A DNA stretch of 64,000 nucleotides, taken from assembly GCA_963796055.1 (NCBI GenBank), contig CAWCKH010000004.1:2240001-2304000 (forward strand), given 5' to 3'. Made by a program: the position numbers and the translations under genes. Position 1 is the first letter of the stretch, and the number at the start of each line of letters is the position of its first letter. Positions 7,933 through 16,513 of the stretch are shown here, in pieces. Under the pieces are notes generated by a model. It was not told the origin of the DNA, made no database searches, and worked only from the letters and a program-made list of their open reading frames with translations. The DNA is from an uncultured delta proteobacterium. Its GTDB lineage: Bacteria > Myxococcota > Myxococcia > Myxococcales > Myxococcaceae.

Positions 7933-9960
7933 GTGATCATCGCCTGCACGCAGTGTCACACGCGCTTCAAGGTGCCGGACGGCAAGGTCACCGCTCGGGG
8001 GCTGAAGGTCCGCTGCTCGCGCTGCGGGCACACCTTCCGCATCTACCCCGACTCGGCTGTCGAGCACGGGGTCGCGCCCACGCCTGCCGCAGCGCGTCCG
8101 AGCGGGCCGGACCCGTTCCAGGCCTTCGGCCCGGAGGGCACGTCGGACATGGAGAAGACGCCGGCGCGCGGCGCGGCCGTCTCGAAGCTCCTCGCCGGGA
8201 TGGGACCGGTCCGGGAGGCCGAGGACTTCGACGTGGACGTCTCCGGCGTCGAGCCCCCGAGCACCGAGCCGGCCTGGAACTTCCCTCCCGCCCCCTCCCG
8301 TCCGGCGCTCGCGGCCGGAGCGGCGGTCGCGCTCCAGGCCCAGCCTGCCGACCCGCCGCCCGAGCCCGCGGCGTGGGCGCCGCTCCCGGTCCGTCCCCTC
8401 CCCCCGGAGCCCGAGGCGGTCGGCTCGACCCTGGCGGGCCTCTTCGAGGAGCCCGCCCCCAGCAGGGTGTCGGACGCCTCGCTCGGCGACACCTCGTTCG
8501 ACGCATTCGAGATGCCTGACCGGGCGCCGGTCCCCGTGCGTCCTCTCCCCGCAGAGCCAGCGGCGGTCGGCTCGACCCTGGCGCGCCTCTTCGAGGAGCA
8601 GCCCGCGGAAGCGGACGAGCCCGGGGCCGCGCCGGCTCCTCCCGCTTCGCCTCCCGGCGACGGGCCCAAGCTCGCTGCCCTGGCTGGCTTCACCCCGGCC
8701 TGGGGCGTGGCGGCGCCGGTCCGGGCGCTCTCGGTCGAGGGCATCGTCTCCAGCCACGTGCCGAGCCTCGCCCCGGCCGTGGAGCCCGAGTCGCCCCCGC
8801 CGGCGCCCCAGTTCGGCGGCGCCGGGATGGTGCTGGACGACCTACCCTCGCTCGCGCCGCCGAGCCTTCCCGCGCACGGCGAGCTGGAGCTCGACCCGGG
8901 CAACGACAGCCGCGCATGGACGGGTGCCTCGCTCGCCGGACACGGCGGGATGCAGATCGAGCTCGAGCCCGATCTCCCGACGGTCGAGCTCGACCGCCGA
9001 CCGCCTCCGGAGCCCGCTTCATCTGCACCCGTCTGGTCGCCGCCGACCGCCTCGCCTGCCCCGGCGGTGGCGTCGCCCGGCCTCGCCTGGGACGACCCGT
9101 TCGACGCGCCGCCACCGCCGATGCGCCCGGCTCCGTCGCCCGAGCCCGAGCCGGCAGTGCCCACGCCGCGCACGTCTGCTCCCGCCACCTCGGTGGTGCT
9201 GGACGAGGCGCCACCGCCCGACCCGGGCTCGCCCGACCACGGCTTCTTCGAGATGTCTGCCGGGGCTCCGGCTCCAGCCGTCCTTGCGCCCTCCGGCGCC
9301 CTGCTCCCCGACATCCCCGAGGCCGAGGAGCCACCGGTGGCGGCGGCCTCACCCGCGACCTCCGGACCGGTTCCCACCATCTCCAAGCCACCCAGCAGGG
9401 TGCGGCTCGGGCTCCAGGAGCGCGAGCACCCGGGGACGGCGCGGCGGGTGAGCGCGGTCGTCCTCAACGTGGGCCTGGCCGCGCTGCTCGTGCTGGTGGT
9501 GGTGGGCCTGGTCTCGAGCTGGGCCACCGCGGGCCGGTTGGACGGGTCGGCGCTCTCGCCGCGCCGTCTGCTCCAGGCGCTGCGCCCCGGCAGTGGCGTC
9601 ACGCCGGTCGAGGTGACGCCCGGCACCTACGAGACCCGCTCGGGGCGTTCGCTGCTCTACGTGCGCGGGCGAGTCCTCAACCGCGGGGCGCCGTCGGCGC
9701 GGGTCCGGGTCCGGGCCGAGGTCTGGGACGGAGCGCAGGAGGTGAAGACCGGCGAGACGCTGGCCGGAGCCATCGCCACTCCCGAGGAGCTGTGGCGCGC
9801 CGCCACCCAGGCCGACGTCGAGACGCTGCGCGCGCGGCTGCTCGCGGCAGCCACCCCCCTCCCGGACGGGCAAGAGGCGGACTTCCTGGTGCTGCTCGAC
9901 GAGGCTCCGCGGGACCTCTCCGGTCTCCGGCTCAAGGTGACCGCCAGCGTCGAGCGCTGA
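7933..9960 (+). CDS. Zinc-ribbon (MJ0042 finger-like) membrane protein with Pro-rich linker and DUF3426-like C-terminal domain
   Basis: GTG start, then IIACTQCHTRFKV...KVRCSRCGHTF. Long Pro/Ala linker, one TM segment (VGLAALLVLVVVGLV), then LYVRGRVLNRG. Confidence 0.85.
   Translation: MIIACTQCHTRFKVPDGKVTARGLKVRCSRCGHTFRIYPDSAVEHGVAPTPAAARPSGPDPFQAFGPEGTSDMEKTPARGAAVSKLLAGMGPVREAEDFDVDVSGVEPPSTEPAWNFPPAPSRPALAAGAAVALQAQPADPPPEPAAWAPLPVRPLPPEPEAVGSTLAGLFEEPAPSRVSDASLGDTSFDAFEMPDRAPVPVRPLPAEPAAVGSTLARLFEEQPAEADEPGAAPAPPASPPGDGPKLAALAGFTPAWGVAAPVRALSVEGIVSSHVPSLAPAVEPESPPPAPQFGGAGMVLDDLPSLAPPSLPAHGELELDPGNDSRAWTGASLAGHGGMQIELEPDLPTVELDRRPPPEPASSAPVWSPPTASPAPAVASPGLAWDDPFDAPPPPMRPAPSPEPEPAVPTPRTSAPATSVVLDEAPPPDPGSPDHGFFEMSAGAPAPAVLAPSGALLPDIPEAEEPPVAAASPATSGPVPTISKPPSRVRLGLQEREHPGTARRVSAVVLNVGLAALLVLVVVGLVSSWATAGRLDGSALSPRRLLQALRPGSGVTPVEVTPGTYETRSGRSLLYVRGRVLNRGAPSARVRVRAEVWDGAQEVKTGETLAGAIATPEELWRAATQADVETLRARLLAAATPLPDGQEADFLVLLDEAPRDLSGLRLKVTASVER
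8380..8600 (+). repeat. Intragenic direct repeat of about 72 bp, two copies, 147-nt period
   Basis: PLPVRPLPPEPEAVGSTLAGLFEE versus PVPVRPLPAEPAAVGSTLARLFEE. Confidence 0.85.
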
Positions 9961-9989
9961 GAGCGCCAGGCCCCGCTGCGCGGTGCGAG

Positions 9990-10208
9990 TCAGGCCTGCC
10001 CGGAGTCGCCGTCGGTCTTCCGCTCGGGAGAGGACTTCAGGGTCCGCTCCGGCTTGACGTCGATGAAGCCCTGGCCCCGGGACGCCTTCTTGAACGAGTA
10101 GACGAACTTCCCGAGCGCGTTTCCGAGCGATGCCATGCGCGAGGCGGAGAACACCACCAGCAGCACGAAGCAGATGACCAGCAGCTCTCCGAATCCCAGG
10201 TGAGGCAT
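9990..10208 (-). CDS. tatA: Twin-arginine translocase TatA/TatE-family subunit
   Basis: MPHLGFGELLVICFVLLVVFSASRMASLGNALGKFVYSFKKA: TM helix followed by an amphipathic helix. Confidence 0.8.
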   Translation of the reverse strand: MPHLGFGELLVICFVLLVVFSASRMASLGNALGKFVYSFKKASRGQGFIDVKPERTLKSSPERKTDGDSGQA

Positions 10209-10294
10209 GGCGCGGTGCGGAACATCGCCCGCGAGGCCGATGCGTGCAAGCGGCTTGACCTCGCCGGGCCCCGGGTCGGACGCTCGGTGGCGCC

Positions 10295-11023
10295 GTGCGC
10301 ATCCTCGGTCACCGGGGCGCGAGCAGCGACGCGCCGGAGAACACGCTGGTCGCATTCCAGCGCGCGCTCGACCAGGGCGCGGACGGGGTCGAGCTCGACG
10401 CCCGGCTCTGCGGCTCGGGCGAGGTGGTCGTCTTCCACGACCCGCGCCTCGAGCGGCTCACCGGTGCGACCGGACGGGTGGCGGACACGCCCTGGTCCAC
10501 CCTGGCCCGGCTGGAGGTGCGGGCGGGCCCGGCCGGCGCAGGCCCCGGACGCATCCCGCTGCTCTCGGAGGTGCTGGAGGCGCTCCCGCGCACCGCGTTG
10601 GTCAACGTGGAGCTGAAGAGCGAGGACTGGACCGGAACCCGGGTGGCCGAGGCGGCGGGCGCACTGCTCGCGGCGGGGCGGCACGAGGACCACGTCGTCG
10701 TCTCGTCGTTCGACGCCCGCTGCCTGCTGCGGCTGGCGCTCGCCCATCCCCGGCTGAAGCGAGGGCTGCTGCTGGATCCGGAGCGGTCCCAGCGCGTCCA
10801 GCGCCATCTTCTTCTCCCGCTGCTCGGCCGCGATGCCGTGCACCCCGAGGCCGGTCAGGTCACCGAGGCGGACGTGCGCCACTGGCATGCCAGGGGGCGG
10901 GAGGTCGCGGTCTGGACGGTGGACGACCCCGAGGTTGCCCGGAGGCTCCGGGCCTGGGGCGTGGACGCCTGCATCACCAACCGCCCGGGAGCGCTCCGGG
11001 CGGAGCTCGGCCGCTCCAGCTAG
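10295..11023 (+). CDS. Glycerophosphodiester phosphodiesterase
   Basis: GHRGASSDAPENTL, GADGVELD, VVFHD, NVELK and WTVDD motifs. Confidence 0.93.
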   Translation: MRILGHRGASSDAPENTLVAFQRALDQGADGVELDARLCGSGEVVVFHDPRLERLTGATGRVADTPWSTLARLEVRAGPAGAGPGRIPLLSEVLEALPRTALVNVELKSEDWTGTRVAEAAGALLAAGRHEDHVVVSSFDARCLLRLALAHPRLKRGLLLDPERSQRVQRHLLLPLLGRDAVHPEAGQVTEADVRHWHARGREVAVWTVDDPEVARRLRAWGVDACITNRPGALRAELGRSS

Positions 11024-14000
11024 GGCCGGAGGGTGGGCTCGCCCTGGGCCCTGGCCAGAGCCTGCGCCACCGCGGCCGGACGGCGGCGGATGATGAGCAC
11101 CTTGCGCGAGGCGAAGTCCTGCGTCTGCCGCGCGACCACCATCACGCTGTTCGCGCCCTCCTTGAGCGGGAAGTCGGCGCTGAACTTCAGCTTGGTGGGC
11201 TCGTTCTTCGGGCTGTCGGAGGTGCGGAAGAACACCTTCTGGTCGTTGACCAGGACGTACATGTCCAGGAGCCCCCTGGGCTCGGACACCGTGCCGGAGA
11301 GGGTGAAGCGATCCGACGGAGCGACCACGCCGCCCTGGCTCTGATCGACCTGTAGCGCGATCTGCGGCGGCTCCCGGTACGGCACCGCCGTCAGCTCGGG
11401 CGCGGCGGCCTTCGCGTTGCGCGCCTCGTGCGCGTCGGAGGCGCGGAGGAAGCCGAAGCGGCCCTTCTCGGTCTCGACCTTGGTCAGCCCGTTCACCCGG
11501 GCGAGCACCGGGAGCACGCCGGCCTTCTTCACCCTGGCCACCACCGGCGCGCGGTCGTCGGGCCCGGCGAGCACCGGCGCGCCGGTCTCGACCCGGACGG
11601 CGCCCTTGCGGGCCTCGAGGGTGAACGGCTTGTCGGCCAGCGGCAGGTTCAGCCGCTCGGTGGAGAACTCCTCCAGCGGTTCGTCGATGATCGCCAGCTT
11701 CAAGGGGAAGCTGTCGCCCACGTAGCCCTTCTTCACCTCGAGCTGGAAGCGGGCGGTCTTGGTCTCGCCGGGGGCGATCTCCCCGAGGTGGAACCGGCCC
11801 TTCTCGATGAAGACGTTCTGGTCGGCGGCGTTCTTGATCGAGCCCACCGCATCCAGCGCCTTCCCGGTGCCCTGGTTGGTGACGTCCACCAGCAGGGTGA
11901 CGCTCTCGCCGCGCTGGGCGACCCCGTCTCCGTTGCACTGGGCGCAGTCGTCCACCACCTGCCAGTTGAGCGCGAAGGCCGGGCGGGGCAGCTCGCCGAA
12001 ATTCACCTCGGCCACCAGCTGCTGCGGCAGCGCGCCCTGGTCGTCGAAGAACTTCAACGTCACGTCGTCGCGACGGCTGTACATGTCTTTCGGCACCTTC
12101 ACCGGCGCCTTCCAGGTGCGCTTCTCGCCGGGCTTCAGGGTGCCGAAGACGAACTCGCGGCGGTCGAGGAGCGGGTCCTCGCTCTCGCTCCAGGCGCGGA
12201 TCCGCGACAGCGGCTCGGTGCCCCGGTTCTCGACCGTGACCTCGAGGTCGAAGCTCTCACCCGGCGCGAGCCGCTTCTCCGGTCCGGGGCGGAGGGTGGC
12301 CACCAGCTGCGGCGCCTTGGGGGTGGGTCCGGGCGTCCAGTCGATGCCCAGTGCCGCGATGGCGGTGTTGATCCGCTCCGCTTCCTGAAGCCCCCGGTCG
12401 TTCAGGTACGACTTGCCGGACTGGAGCATCCGGTCGCGCTGGACGTACGGCTCCTTGAGCACGAAGTCGCGCGCGAAGAGGACCTCGAAGTCCTCCTTCA
12501 CCTCGTCCTGCGCCTCGGCATCGAGCTGGTCGTAGAGGTCCTCGTCCAGCTTGTTGGGGTCGGTGTCTGCCGGGTGAGCGGCGTCCTTCCCCTTGCCGGC
12601 GGGCTTCACCAGCTTGTCCGAGGGCTTGTCCGACTTGGAGAGCTTGGGGTCCTTGCCTTCCTCCGCCTTCTGCTGGCGGGCCGCGGCGTCCTTCTGCTTC
12701 GCGTCCTCCTTCAGGTACTTGATGCTGACGAAGGGCTTCTCCTTGCCGAGGACCTCCTCGCGCTTGGTGGCGGCGGGATTGTTGGCGGAGTTGCCGAAGT
12801 GGTGTTCGAGGTCCGCCTCACCCAGGGTCTTGCGGGGGGCGAAGACGTTCACCCGGTCCGCCGTGACGCGGGTGGGGACGAGCTCGATGTCCGGCTCGAT
12901 GCCCACCTCCTGGATGCTCACGTCTCCGGGGGTGAGGTACTTGGCGATGGTCAGCTTGAGCGCGCTCTCGTCGTTGGGGTTCCCGCTCGGGGAGCCGAAC
13001 TCGTAGAGCACCTGCACCGAGCCCTTGCCGAACGTCTGCTGGCCGATGATCACCGCGCGGTTCAGGTTCTTCAGCGCGCCGGCCACGATCTCCGAGGCCG
13101 AGGCGCTGCCTGGATTCACCAGCACCGCCAGGGGGTACTTGTTGTCGCCGTCGTCGGCGTGGGCGCGCTTCTCCTCGCGCTGCCGCTCGCTCAGCGAGAC
13201 GGTGGTGACGATGGTGCCCTGGCTGAGGAAGAGGTCCGAGACCTGGATCGCCTGCTCCAGGAGGCCACCGGGGTTGCCGCGCAGGTCGAGCACCAGGCCC
13301 TTCAGGCCGCCGCTCGCCTCGGCGTCGCTCTGCAGCTTGCCCAGGGCGGTCTGCATGTCCCGGGTGGTGTTGCCCTGGAAGTTCTTGAGCCGGATGTAGC
13401 CCACGTTGCCGGCGAGCAGCTTGGACTGCACCGACTCGATGGAGATGGTGGCCCGGGCGAGGGTGAGCACCATCGGCTTGTCCTGGCCCTTGCGCTCGAC
13501 GGTGATGGTGACCCGGCTGTCCACGGGGCCGCGCAGCTTGGACACGGCCTCGTTGAGGTCCATGTTGACCGTGGACTCCTCGCCGATCTTCTTGATCTGG
13601 TCGTCCTTCTTGATGCCCGCCCGCGCGGCCGGCGTCTTGGGGAGCACCCGTACCACGGTGAGGTTGCTCTCCTTCATCTGGATGACGAAGCCCAGGCCCC
13701 CGAACTCACCCTTGGTGGTGAGGCGCATCTCCCGGTAGTACTCGGGCTTGAGCAGCACCGAGTGCGGGTCGAGCGTGGAGAGCATCCCGTTCACCGCGGC
13801 GTACTCGACGTCCCGGGTGTCCTCGCTGGGGCGCAGGTTGCTGCCGATGAAGTCGAAGACGTCCTTCATCTGGAAGGACATCTTCCACAGCGAGTCGACG
13901 TGGCTGATGTCGAAATCGCGGGTCTTGCCGTTCACGTTGACCTGGAGCTTCTGGCGCTCCTTGTCCGCCTCCACCATCACGTCCGGGACGGTGCGCTCCA

Positions 14001-14286
14001 CCTGCTCCAGCGAGGCCACCATCATCTCGCGGGGGTTGATCCGCTTGGGGTCGACGTACGCGTCCTTCACGTAGATGACGACCTTGTTGAAGATCTTGAG
14101 CGCCGACAGGTCGTGCGGCGGACGATCTCCGTTGCGGACGACGTCGGAGGAGCCCTCGCCGCGAGCGGCGGGACCGGCGACGGCCTCGCCGACGGTGAAG
14201 GGGAGCGGCGCGTGGTCACGCGCGAGGAGAGCCCAGGCCCCGAGGAGAGCGAGGACCAGGAGCGAACGGCGCATCAAGCGGGGCAT
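11020..14286 (-). CDS. Long C-terminal processing S41 peptidase (MXAN_5808 family)
   Basis: Signal peptide, LDPHS, PDZ domain (GEFGGLG), LDLRGNPGGLL, catalytic SASASEIVAG and TFGKGSVQ, followed by Ig-like domains. Confidence 0.92.
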   Translation of the reverse strand: MPRLMRRSLLVLALLGAWALLARDHAPLPFTVGEAVAGPAARGEGSSDVVRNGDRPPHDLSALKIFNKVVIYVKDAYVDPKRINPREMMVASLEQVERTVPDVMVEADKERQKLQVNVNGKTRDFDISHVDSLWKMSFQMKDVFDFIGSNLRPSEDTRDVEYAAVNGMLSTLDPHSVLLKPEYYREMRLTTKGEFGGLGFVIQMKESNLTVVRVLPKTPAARAGIKKDDQIKKIGEESTVNMDLNEAVSKLRGPVDSRVTITVERKGQDKPMVLTLARATISIESVQSKLLAGNVGYIRLKNFQGNTTRDMQTALGKLQSDAEASGGLKGLVLDLRGNPGGLLEQAIQVSDLFLSQGTIVTTVSLSERQREEKRAHADDGDNKYPLAVLVNPGSASASEIVAGALKNLNRAVIIGQQTFGKGSVQVLYEFGSPSGNPNDESALKLTIAKYLTPGDVSIQEVGIEPDIELVPTRVTADRVNVFAPRKTLGEADLEHHFGNSANNPAATKREEVLGKEKPFVSIKYLKEDAKQKDAAARQQKAEEGKDPKLSKSDKPSDKLVKPAGKGKDAAHPADTDPNKLDEDLYDQLDAEAQDEVKEDFEVLFARDFVLKEPYVQRDRMLQSGKSYLNDRGLQEAERINTAIAALGIDWTPGPTPKAPQLVATLRPGPEKRLAPGESFDLEVTVENRGTEPLSRIRAWSESEDPLLDRREFVFGTLKPGEKRTWKAPVKVPKDMYSRRDDVTLKFFDDQGALPQQLVAEVNFGELPRPAFALNWQVVDDCAQCNGDGVAQRGESVTLLVDVTNQGTGKALDAVGSIKNAADQNVFIEKGRFHLGEIAPGETKTARFQLEVKKGYVGDSFPLKLAIIDEPLEEFSTERLNLPLADKPFTLEARKGAVRVETGAPVLAGPDDRAPVVARVKKAGVLPVLARVNGLTKVETEKGRFGFLRASDAHEARNAKAAAPELTAVPYREPPQIALQVDQSQGGVVAPSDRFTLSGTVSEPRGLLDMYVLVNDQKVFFRTSDSPKNEPTKLKFSADFPLKEGANSVMVVARQTQDFASRKVLIIRRRPAAVAQALARAQGEPTLRP

Positions 14287-14323
14287 GGGGAAGATTCGAC
14301 TCTAACCACCGGGTATGGGGCCT

Positions 14324-15094
14324 TCAAGACAGGGTTCCTGCCGAAACCAGCGAACGGTGGAGGAGAGTCCCGGCGACGACGGCCACGGGCAGCAGGAACA
14401 GGTTCAGGAGCGGCACCCACAGGAGCACGGTGATTGACAGCCCGAAGCCCAGGGCGAGCGCGGTGCGCCGCGCAAGCACCCGCCGCACCTCGACAAAGGC
14501 TCCGCCGCGGCGGGCCACTGGTGGGTCGAGGTACTCGGCGCAGGCGAACAGCGCGGTCCAGCCCACCCCGGCCACCGCCCAGAGCGGCGCCGCTGCGGGC
14601 AAGGTGAGCTGGAGCACGAGCAGCAGCGCCTGGCCGAGGAGGAGGAGCATGACCCGCATCGCGGTGCGAGCCACGGCGGAGACTGCCTGACCCAGGGTGC
14701 CGGCGAGGCCAGCCGGGGGGGCGGGCGGTGCGCCCACTGCCGACTCGGTGGCTGCCACCAGGGTGTCCTCGAGTGGCGCCAGCGCGAGCAGGGGGAGGGT
14801 CAGCGCGCCGACGAGCCACCCCACTGCACCCGCGACGACGAGCGTGAGCTGCCACAGCCAGCCCACCGGTCCGCCCGGATGCGGCCACACCCGCTCGAGG
14901 AGGCCGGGGAGCCAGACCCAGAGCGCCCAGCCCCAGAGCACGAAGATGAGCAGGGTATAGGCGGCGCAGAGGGCCGCGAGCCGCCGCAACCGCGGGACGC
15001 GCAGCACCAGCTGGGCGGCCCGCAGGGGGAAGGTCGCCCCCCGGAGGAGGTCGAGTGGACCACTCTGGCGCGGCAGGTCGGGCGTGTCTTCCAT
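14324..15094 (-). CDS. EI24/CysZ-like membrane protein
   Basis: Several TM segments, EYLDPP and VPLLNLFLLPVAVVAGT. Start taken at MEDTPDL. Confidence 0.8.
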   Translation of the reverse strand: MEDTPDLPRQSGPLDLLRGATFPLRAAQLVLRVPRLRRLAALCAAYTLLIFVLWGWALWVWLPGLLERVWPHPGGPVGWLWQLTLVVAGAVGWLVGALTLPLLALAPLEDTLVAATESAVGAPPAPPAGLAGTLGQAVSAVARTAMRVMLLLLGQALLLVLQLTLPAAAPLWAVAGVGWTALFACAEYLDPPVARRGGAFVEVRRVLARRTALALGFGLSITVLLWVPLLNLFLLPVAVVAGTLLHRSLVSAGTLS

Positions 15095-15143
15095 GCGAGG
15101 GGGCGGGCAAGCCCCGCAACCATTGTTATAGACGCGGCCCTGC

Positions 15144-16493
15144 ATGTCGCTCGACCGCGCTCCGACCGAAGACGACGCCGTCACCTCCGTCGACGCGCTC
15201 CTCGACGTCTTCCGCTCGGCCGAGACGCCGCGGTCCGAGCACCGCCTGGGGCTGGAGCACGAGAAGTTCCTCTATCCGGTGGAGGACCCGCCCACGCCGG
15301 TCCCGTACGAGGGCCCCCGGGGCATCGGGGCGCTGCTGAAGCTGCTCGAGGCGCGGGGATACACACCCTTCCGAGACGCACCGGACGCCCCGGCGATTGC
15401 GCTGGTCGAGGACGACCACACGCTGTCGCTCGAGCCGGGCGGACAGTTCGAGCTGTCGGGCTCGCCGGCGCGGACCGCGCGGGCGGTGCACGCCGAGAAC
15501 GTGGCACACGCCCGGATGCTCGCCGAGGCGGCGCAGCAGCTGGGGCTGATGCCGGTGGCGCTCGGGTACCGGCCGTGGGGAACCACCGCCGACATCCCCT
15601 GGATGCCCAAGAAGCGCTACCAGGTGATGCGGCAGACGCTTCCGGCGCGCGGGAAGCTAGCGCTGGACATGATGCTGATGACCTGCACCGGGCAGGTCTC
15701 GCTGGACTGGGCCTCGGAAGCGGACTGCGCGCGGAAGGTGACCGCGACCGCGCGCCTCACCCCGCTGCTGGTCGCGCTGTTCGCAAACAGCCCCCTGGTG
15801 CAAGGAAGGCCCAGCGGGTGGATGAGCTACCGGAGCCACGTGTGGAGCGACGTGGACCCGACGCGCTGCGGGTACTTCCCGCGGATGCTCGACGGCACGT
15901 TCGACTACCGCGCCTACGTGGACTGGGCGCTGAAGGCGCCGCTCCTCTTCCTCCGCCGCAACGGCGGTTACGTCACCCCGGCGATGACCTTCGGCGAGCT
16001 GCTGGAGCGCGGCTACGAGGAACGGCCGGCGCGCCGCTCGGACTGGATCGATCACCTCTCCACGCTCTTCCCCGAGGTGCGCATCAAGCGGGTGATGGAG
16101 GTGCGGGCGGCGGACTCGGTGTCGCTGGAGATGACCGCCGGGCTACCGGCGCTGTGGCGGGGGTTGCTGTACGACGAGGCCTCGCTCGACGCGGCGCTGG
16201 GGCTGGTGCCGCGGCTGTCCTTCGCCGAGCAGCTGGCGTTCCACGAGGAGGCGCAGCGGCGTGGTCTGCGGGGGAAGCTCCGCGGGACGCCGATCGGCGC
16301 GCTGGCCCTGGAGATGTTGCGGCTGGCGGGCTCGGGCCTGCAGCGCCTCGACCCCGAGGACGTGCCGCTGCTCGAGCCGCTCGAGGCCCGTGCCCGGTCG
16401 GGCCGGTCGCCGGCCGAGGACGTGCTGGACGCGGCGAAGGAAGAGACCTCGCCGGCCCGGCTGCTGGCCCGGTTCAGGCTCCTGCCTCAGTAG
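15144..16493 (+). CDS. gshA: Glutamate--cysteine ligase (plant/alphaproteobacterial type)
   Basis: GLEHEKF, SLEPGGQFELSG, WMPKKRY, ALFANSP and HLSTLFPEVR..EVRAAD. Confidence 0.93.
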   Translation: MSLDRAPTEDDAVTSVDALLDVFRSAETPRSEHRLGLEHEKFLYPVEDPPTPVPYEGPRGIGALLKLLEARGYTPFRDAPDAPAIALVEDDHTLSLEPGGQFELSGSPARTARAVHAENVAHARMLAEAAQQLGLMPVALGYRPWGTTADIPWMPKKRYQVMRQTLPARGKLALDMMLMTCTGQVSLDWASEADCARKVTATARLTPLLVALFANSPLVQGRPSGWMSYRSHVWSDVDPTRCGYFPRMLDGTFDYRAYVDWALKAPLLFLRRNGGYVTPAMTFGELLERGYEERPARRSDWIDHLSTLFPEVRIKRVMEVRAADSVSLEMTAGLPALWRGLLYDEASLDAALGLVPRLSFAEQLAFHEEAQRRGLRGKLRGTPIGALALEMLRLAGSGLQRLDPEDVPLLEPLEARARSGRSPAEDVLDAAKEETSPARLLARFRLLPQ

Positions 16494-16513
16494 GCGCGTC
16501 TCCCTCGACTCCC

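Noticed and set aside
11428..14433. 1001-aa plus-strand ORF and similar long shadow ORFs (20133-22880, 58897-62649, 17718-20069)
   Set aside because: They are antisense or alternate-frame to well-supported genes, lack motifs, and are expected from the scarcity of stop codons at high GC.
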